This document shows positions 48,101 to 57,100 of a stretch of DNA of 64,000 nucleotides, piece by piece. Every line of letters starts with the position of its first letter. The stretch's first letter is position 1. The notes beneath the pieces are model-generated. The model ran no database searches, had not been told where the DNA came from, and worked only from the letters and a program-made list of their open reading frames with translations. Made by a program: the position numbers and the translations under genes. The stretch is from Octopus sinensis (taxonomy: Eukaryota): contig NC_042997.1 of NCBI RefSeq assembly GCF_006345805.1, forward strand, positions 72,850,001 through 72,914,000, read 5' to 3'.

Positions 48101-51100
48101 ATTTGACTAGAAGGAATTTGGCAAGGTACCACATTCAGTAACTTGACAGTAAATAAAGAAACTAGGTGTTGAGTTTGTAAGGGCTATATAAGTCATGTGA
48201 TAAATTTGATGTGAGGAAGGGACTATTCTGCTGCTATTCCCCGATACCATTTAACCCTCTTACAACATATCACATATACTGAACTACCAAATTATCTCTT
48301 CACCATACACATCAGCCTGATACTCTTACTACCAACCCAACCACACATCTCTTTCTCCAGGTCCACTGCTTTATTATTATTACTATTACATTTCTGTTGC
48401 TCTTCCCTGGTTGTCAATCATCTCCTTCCCACTGATTCATGTATCATTGGTTATCTTTCAACCCTATCCAAATTCTACTGTAATAACTTACTTATCCTTC
48501 AACACTTGTTCATAGTATTCACCCTCTCACCCATTTCCTACATCTAACCATCTCTCTCTCTTCCAACATCTACTCACTCATATTTCCTGTTCTCCCCTCC
48601 CCACTCACTTCCATTGTGTCCCATATTTTGAGGGTCCAACCAGTTACCTCATCATCATTATTTTGATTTTTCCAACTCCATCTTCTATAACGTGATGCAC
48701 ATGTCCCCACCAGCAACAAATCTGCTCTGTTCAGGCCCTTTCTCACTCAAACCCCTCATCCCTTAGCATAAAGCTGCCTCCTTCTCAACTGTAGTCCCAT
48801 CCAACCAAAAGGAACCTTATTCTAGCAGGCTCTATGGCAATCTCACTAGTGCTGGTGCCACAAAAAAAACAAAACAGAACAAAACATCCAGTACACACTG
48901 CAAAGTGGTGGGGCATTAGGAAGGATATCAAGCCATAAAAACAATACCAAAGCAGTCTCCAGGCCCACTAGGTCTTGTGAAACAGTGTACGCTAGCATAG
49001 AACATGGACATTAAATGATATTTTACATAGAAAGCACCTATAAAGAGGCACAATTCCACATTTACCTTTTTCTCCCCATAATACTAGTATTTATAAACTT
49101 CCAAAGAGAAGAAAGGCAAAGTTATCCTGAGTAGGCTTGAACTGGAACAAATATAAATAAGAGTAAACACTTTCAGATAATTCCTCCACTGTCACATCAT
49201 CATTTTTGCCAATTTCATACAATGTAAAACAGGTTAGTTCTCAGTGAAAATTCTGAAAGCTGCTCCAATTCCTAGTCAGACCTTATTTTTCATGTTCAAA
49301 GTATGAACATCACGAATTACTCCTCCTGCTTAATTTAGTGTGGAAAGGCAGAAATAATGCTGAATTAATCACTAAAGATCAACAAATTTAGCAAAACAGA
49401 CATCAACAAACTCCATTATTATTTCTCAACATTTTAGTGACATTGAACTCATAATAAATGGAGTTTCCAAATTCAATATCACTTACATGCACTTGTATTA
49501 GAATAAGGAAAACCTTTTATGGAATAAAGTTGCCTTGATTGTCTCTCTTCAGATCAAACAATTAATATAGGAATGAGAAAATAATGCAATAATGATTCTA
49601 ATCTTGGACATTTTAAAACAAATTCATAAAGTATATTTACAGATGAAGTTTCTTCTTCTAGACCAGAATAAACACTTTCTTCACTACCACTTGAACCATC
49701 ACTCAAGTCAGCAGAGTCATCTATTTCATTCACATTTTTATCCCATAAATCATACTGAAAGAGAAGAAAGATAATTAGTAAATAGTCACATAAAATAAAT
49801 GTTCTTGTAACTTTTTCATGCTATTTTAACCCTTTAGCATTTAAACTGGCTATATCCAGCCGAAATATTCTACCTGCTTTATGGTCAAATCAGCCAGATT
49901 GGGCCTCCCACACCTACCCTTCAATGTCATTCTAAAAATAAACAATCAATCATCAAAATCTTGAAGTTATGAGATAATGCATGATTAATTTAAAACAATG
50001 TAAACAAATAGAATGCTTAAGGGTTAAAGCAATTTTATTACAACACTATTACAACACAATTTTGCAAATTTAAATGTAAGTTAATGAATTTCTATATGAC
50101 ATTTTGATTTCAACATTTTATTCAACTTACATAGTATTTAGGCAAAAATGTTTTATAATGAAAGAGAGAAGTAAACAGGCAGAGAGCATGAATATCTTTC
50201 TATTTACTTCATAAGACAACATTATCCCTTTCATTACTAACCCGGGCGAGAGAACCTATTGTTATTTAATTGTAAATTTGAACCCAAATCTCGTTGGTAC
50301 ATTCGTTGAAACACGTGATTTCACTTTGTAAATAGATGGGTTATAGTATCCGACATTGCTTGACCTGATATCTGAACTCAGTGAATTTTGGGAGATTTTT
50401 TTCCACATTTTTTTCGGCATCGATTTTTCTTCAACTTTGAAAATGGATAGGAGTTTCATGTTATCAAGCATTGATTCCGAATTTAAAGCTTTTTCAACAG
50501 AAAATTGGGAGATATCAAGAAAAAGAATAAATTGGGAGATATCGAGAAAAAGAATGAATGAGGTACAAAAGCACATGGTGTATGAGAATGAATAGGATAT
50601 TTCAGTATCCGAAACTGAAAGCAGCGATTCTGAAGAAACTAAAAGCGGCGATAGCAACAGCAAAGACGATTTTACATCGGAATGAAGTAAAAATGTTAGT
50701 AGTAATTTTTCTGAGGAGATGGGGGTCTATCCATAGTCTTTCTTAGAAAGCGAAACCGTTAGACTTTTATTTTTTTCAGTATGCTTGTTTGAAGTGATCA
50801 CTGCGGAAACAAACCATTATGCAGAATGTAAACAAACACAAAATGGGGGATCAAAGTTCGGAAAATTTGTGAAGCAAATATGGTTAAACTAAAGCGTTAA
50901 ACCCAGTCAAAAAAAAAACAAAAAAAATTTGTGTAATAGGTGTAAAACAACTTCCTCTAAACGAATATGAAAAAAAATGCGCGCACGCGAAAGGGGAGAG
51001 GGGGAGAGGCCTCGGAAAATTCACATCGGGAATTTCCAAAAGCGTCTGAGGGGCTGACCTGGAAACAAAAAAAAAAATAGTGTAATATGTGTAAAACAAC

Positions 51101-54100
51101 TTGCTCTAAACGAATATGACCAAAAAAATGCGCACTCGCGAAAGGGGTGGGTGGGAGAGAGGCCTCGGAAAATTTACACCGGGAATTTCCGAAAGCGTCT
51201 GACCCAGGCACAAAAACAAAAAAAAAGTGTAATAGATGTAAAACAACTTGCTCTAAACGAATATGATGAAAAAAATGTGCGCTCGCGAAAGCGGGGGTGA
51301 GGGAGAGGCCTCGGAAATTTCACATCTTCAGTCCACGGCCTTTAAACTAAGAAAAAAAATAGTGTAATTGGTGTAAAACTACTTGTTCTAAACAATCATC
51401 AAGAACACACGCTCACACACAGAATCATAAACTCCGTATTTTTGTATGTATTTCGCAAAAAAAAAAAAGAAAGAGAAGAAATTCTGGAAAAAGTGAAGAA
51501 ATGTTGGATCTCCGATATGTGAACCAAAATGCGTGTCAGAAACATCTTGAAATACTACAGAAATTATGTTATGGACATAATGTATACATACCTCTTTGAG
51601 TGGTCCATCGACAGTGATGATAAAGAAATGAGATGGGTTGCGTTTGGAGGAAAAAATTATCTCGGGCCAGGATAAAGACTTACTGCTGCCAATAAGAATA
51701 TGTGTATTCTCTTGGCAGCAGGTTTAATGCTTTCCATAAATAGGAATCTAGAGAGGTATTGCTTTAAGTAACAGGCCTTCTTACAAGAAACAACTGTCCT
51801 TAGAGGCCTGGACTTGAATAGAACTTGGTACCAACAATCACTGTCTTATAAACAACTGTCCTTAGACAAAAGACTGACCTTTCATTGACCAGTGTTTACT
51901 CATCCCATCTTCTGGTGTGGAGGATTTCCCACTCCTTTTGACAAGCCTATGGACTTGGTACCAACAAGTTCTTATTCATTTCAATCGTGGATACACAAGT
52001 GTTAAATTGTATGATACACTTGGTCTTCAGCAACAGAATGGCACTTTGCAATTCATGTGAATTAACATTACAGGATGGAATTCGCCGATTTAATAATGAC
52101 AGTGAGGCACTAGATTTCTTTCGAAAACATAATATCATTCCCAGTACAGTAGACTGCCCTAGATGTCATTTACCATGTACACTCCACGAAAACACAAGCA
52201 TCTTGCGATGTCGAAGGACTGTTCACCGTTGAAGACAAAGGCCCACGGAATGTGGATATTCTATATCCCTATACAACAACACTTTTTTGGATCGGAGTCA
52301 GATATCACCCTGTAAAGTCCTGTTATTTGTAAACTACTTTCTCACAGACTGTTGGTCGCATGCATTAGTTATGGAGAATTTAAGGATTTCATATCCGACC
52401 TCGATTGATTGGCGATCCTTCTGTTCGGAGGTTTGTCAGCATTGGGTAGAGAATTACCAGGACCAAATCAGTGGACAAGGAGTTGAAGTGGAAATTGATG
52501 AGACGGTTATTGTAAGAAGAAAATATAATCGTGGAAGACTCACAAAAACTATCTGGCTTTTCGGTGGGATAGAGCGAGATGCCACCACACTGATCCTCTT
52601 AATTACTCGATATATACGCCAAGGGTCCATAGTATATAGCGAATCTTGGGCTGTGTATAATTCTCTGGGAAATCTCAGCTATACCCACTTTCGGATCAAC
52701 CACAGTGAAAATTTTGTTGATTCTACAAACGCGTCGGTGCACACACAGACGATAGAGAGATTGTGGGGGTCAGTTGTTCGCCCAGGCATTCGTGCCTGTT
52801 ACTTAAAGCAATACCTCTCTAGATTCCTATTTATGGAAAGCATTAAACCTGCTGCCAAGAGAATACATGTATTCTTATTGGCAGCAGTAAGTCTTTATCC
52901 TGGCCCAAGATAATTTTTTCCTCCAAACACAACCCATCTCATTTTGTTTAGAGCAAGTTGTTTTACACCTATTACACTATTTTTTGTTTTTGTGCCCGGG
53001 TCAGACACTTTCGGAAATTCCCGATGTGAATTTTCCGAGGCATCTCTCCCACTCCCCTTTTGCGTGCGCGCATTTTTTTTTCATATTTGTTTAGAGGAAG
53101 TTGCTTTACACCAATTATAAAATTTTTTTTTGTTTCTTTGACTGGGTTTAACGCTTTAGTTTAACTGCAAATACTGGGTACTGCTGTGGATTTAGTTTTT
53201 CTCAGGGAAAATAGTATTAGTCAGCATGGCTTAGGGTACGATGTGGTCTGGAAGTTATTGTTTGAAGCGATCACTGTGGAACCAAATTTACGCAGAATGT
53301 AAACAAAACACAAAATGGGGGATCAAAGTTTGGAAAATTTGTGAAGCAAATACTGGGTACTGCTGTGGATTTAGTTTTTATACAGGGAAAATAATGTTAG
53401 TGTACAATGTGGTCTGGAATTTATCACTTCCATACCATAACCAGGGCCGTATATTATTTTTTGACCAATTTCTTTAGTTCGGTAAAACTTACTGTGGATT
53501 TAGGTGGATTCCAATATTTCAGTTTATTTCACCTTTATGGTACACCTGTTATTATGCATTAAATTCAACTGATGATCTAGTGATGCGCACAATTCTTCTT
53601 TATCAAAATTTTCTTGCATACCCAATTGAATATTAGCTGATGATTCATTTTCTATGGTGATGTTTAAACAAAATTTTTATATTTTTACCTTTTGCTCAGT
53701 TTACCTGGATTTACGAGTAATTAAAGTCACTTTGAGACAAAAGTTATGCAATAGAATTGATTAAGAACCCTTTCTTTAATTATGTTCCAAATATCACATT
53801 AATATGTTAAGTAAAATAGTTAGTTATTTAATGAAACAAGCCTAAATTCATGATTATTTTAGAATTTAATTGAAACTCATGAGGGGTGTATTTTGGTCAG
53901 AAATATAGTAACGAAAGTGTTATTCCATAGACCACAATACTGGAAAAGTTTTGGGTGGGTTTCTAATGTCAAATTATATCACCCAATGAGAGGACATTTA
54001 TGTATGATTATTTGATACAATCATTGTCATTGTTTAACACCAGATCAGTCAAACCTGAACATATCTCTGATTGGCATTTCAGTCTCAATCATCCGGCATT

Positions 54101-57100
54101 TTTTTTTTTTTATGATAGTGCTATGAAGAGGTCACTCTGGTTACTTTATCCTAGTAATTCAAGCAACAATCGAGTGACCTTTTTGTTGACTCATTTTTAC
54201 AGCTATTTGTATACAATAAATGGAAAAGTTTTTTTTTAAATGACAATATGTTGGTTAAGAACGCCATATATGTATTTGACGATATACAAGATGCATTAAG
54301 CCATACATAAAAGCCTCAAGAAATCACCCTCAGTCCTATATGCAAGGTGGGCCTTCAATAAGCTAATTTTGTCTGATTTTCTTTTTCCTCAATATGTGCT
54401 GCATCTTTTATGCCATCTCAAATACGATATCTGAAATGGAGTATTTCAATTTAAACCACCTTTTATAGTTCCAAAGATACATCATGATACTTCATATTAC
54501 GACTGTAAACTCTAAAGGAAATACAAACAGAAATAAGTATTTAACAAGGACAGTAGTTACTCCATCAAACTGTTCTTCTGGTATAGATGAAAAACCAATA
54601 AGTCCTGCAAGTAAACTAACAAAAAGAATCTGATGAAGTCATTACTATGAACCAAACAATACTATCCTTGATAAATCTAGTTTATATTGAAAAAATGTAC
54701 CTACAATATTCCAAGATTGCATAACACATCTTTAGAGGTGACTAGCAGAGGTATCTAGCATTGCTCAGGATTAAAATGGCCTAGTATTACAGTTATGTTG
54801 AAACAGGTGATACAGGAAAGTGCAGCATCGATAACAAAACATTCGTGGAGTAAATGATGGGCTAATTCAACTAAGTGACATGTCATGTGTCTGTTTGGAT
54901 TATTCCAGGCCCTAATCTGTCATGGAAAATTGGGGGTGGGGGCAATGTGATTTTTGAATGTACTAAAAAGCTGTCAGTGGATATACTCTCCTTTGTGGCA
55001 GTTGGCATTATGTCTAACACAACCCATCATTTGAAGTTTTGACACCTCCATCGGGTTTGTTGTCCTACATCACTCATAAAGTAAATTTAGAGGAACTGTG
55101 GTTGTTCATTTGTAGGTAGCAAGGAACCAATGAGGTGATAGGCTTGTTCTTGAATGTAGACATAAATCCATCATCATCATCATCGTTTAACGTCCGTTCT
55201 CCATGCTAGCATGGGTTGGACGGTTCGACCGGGGATCTGGGAAGCCAGAAGGCTGCACCAGGCTCCAGTCTTATCTGGTAATGTTTCTACAGCTGGATGC
55301 CCTTCCTAACGCCAACCACTCCGTGAGTGTAGTGGGTGCTTTTTACGTGCCACCTGCACAGGTGCCAGGCGAGGCTGGCAACGGCCACGGTCGGATTGGT
55401 GTATTTTATGTGCCACCAGCACGGAAGCCAGTCGAGGCGGTGCTGGCATCGGCCACGAGTCGGATAGTGCTTTTTACGTACCACCAGACCAGGGATCCTG
55501 GCTGGTTCAATCCGATTTCGATTTCGCTTGCCCCAACATGTCTTTGCAAGCAAAGGGGGTTGGCATGGGTGCCTGTCGTACGGTCGGATTGGTGTATTTT
55601 ACGTGCCACCGGCACGGAAGCCAGTGGAGGCAGCGCTGGCATCGGCCACGAGTCGGATAGTGCTTTTTACGTACCACCAGACCAGGGATCCTGGCTGGTT
55701 CAATTCGATTTCGCTTTCGCTTGCCCCATGTCTTCGCAAGCAAAGGGGGTTGGCATGGGTGCCTGTCGTCGGATGAGGTTCTATATCGACTTCGCTTGCC
55801 TGTTCAACTATATCCTTAGATGCCACTTGAAATATAGAGGTGTATTGTCTGATATTGTTCAGAAAATCTTTTGACTGGTTGGAAGTGCCTTCCAAAAGAT
55901 CTATAAGAAGTTGAGGAGGAGCTGGGAGTGATGGCAATCTTACCTTACTGCCTGAGCAGCACATGCCATTAGTTTCATTTGGAAATTTTAAAGCTTTGCA
56001 GAAATGACAATTTGAGTTTAGCACACCAATTTGGAGAAAATTATCATTTTTATAAGAATGGGATGGATCATATCTGAAAGCAGCTGCTGGAGTTGTGAAG
56101 AACGAATTTGTATGTAGTCTGTTTTTGAGAGCTATTCTATTGGGGCTGCTGTCGAATCATTAAAACATTTTTAACAATTCAGCAATAAGTGCTGCAGCAT
56201 GCCTTTGCTGATGTTGGGGAAGTCTCATCTCCTTTCTGTATTGTTTACTGATTTTAGGAAAGTGTCATCTCCTTCCTCTCTTGAGGCTCCATTTGATATG
56301 CTGCAGCATGCGTTTGCTCATCTTGGGAAAGTCTCATCTCCATTCTCTCTTTAGACTCTTGCCTTCGGTTTTCTACAATCCTCCTTGCTTTATACTTGTT
56401 TCTTGTTTTCTTGGGTGGCATATTTTTTTCAATATTGTAAACCAAAAATTATGAACATAAAAGATATTATACAGTAACCTCTATTATTGTAAGCAGTTGT
56501 ATGTATGTAGCATGTTTTTATTTTTGTATGCAGTATAAACTAATCAAATGGTAAATTTGCAACTACTGCGATAATCATTAACTGGTAATTGAATGGTAAA
56601 TGTGTATTTTTATATACCTTGGACCAGCCACCTCATTGTTTTTTGTCAAGAGTTTCTCCTCCAACCGCTCATTATGTCAGTCAACACACATACACAAATC
56701 CGCTGTCATGGCCGTAAAGATGGAAAGTTGCTGATGCGTAATATTGTTCACATTAGGATATAATTAGAATTAAAAGTGAAACAATATTATATCACATTAC
56801 AATATAGATGTTATTCTTTCACTTTTGACATGTAATACCGAACCGGTGCCAATGATGCATTGTTTTCATCCAAATGAAAAGAAATTTACATGTTGACACT
56901 CATAGTGTCTAATACTATTACCATGTAAAAAGTGATTTGATTTTTTTAGCCGTTTGAGAATGCATTGGGAACAGACAGATAAAGCATTTCATATATTTTA
57001 ATATAAATTTGAATGATGTTTCTGTCCGTTAACTTCTACTAGACCAAAACTCAAATCAGCAACTCCCTTAATCTCAGGGAATGTCCTAAGGAAGGGGGTC

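Larger units (their letters stand above)
50226..53919 (+). mobile_element. Internally deleted piggyBac with TTAT target duplication, hosting a Merlin
   Basis: TTAT|CCCTTTCATTACTA ... TAGTAACGAAAGTG|TTAT (12/14 TIR match); [46 protein letters not shown]; 3' region homologous to 27100-27466. Confidence 0.85.
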
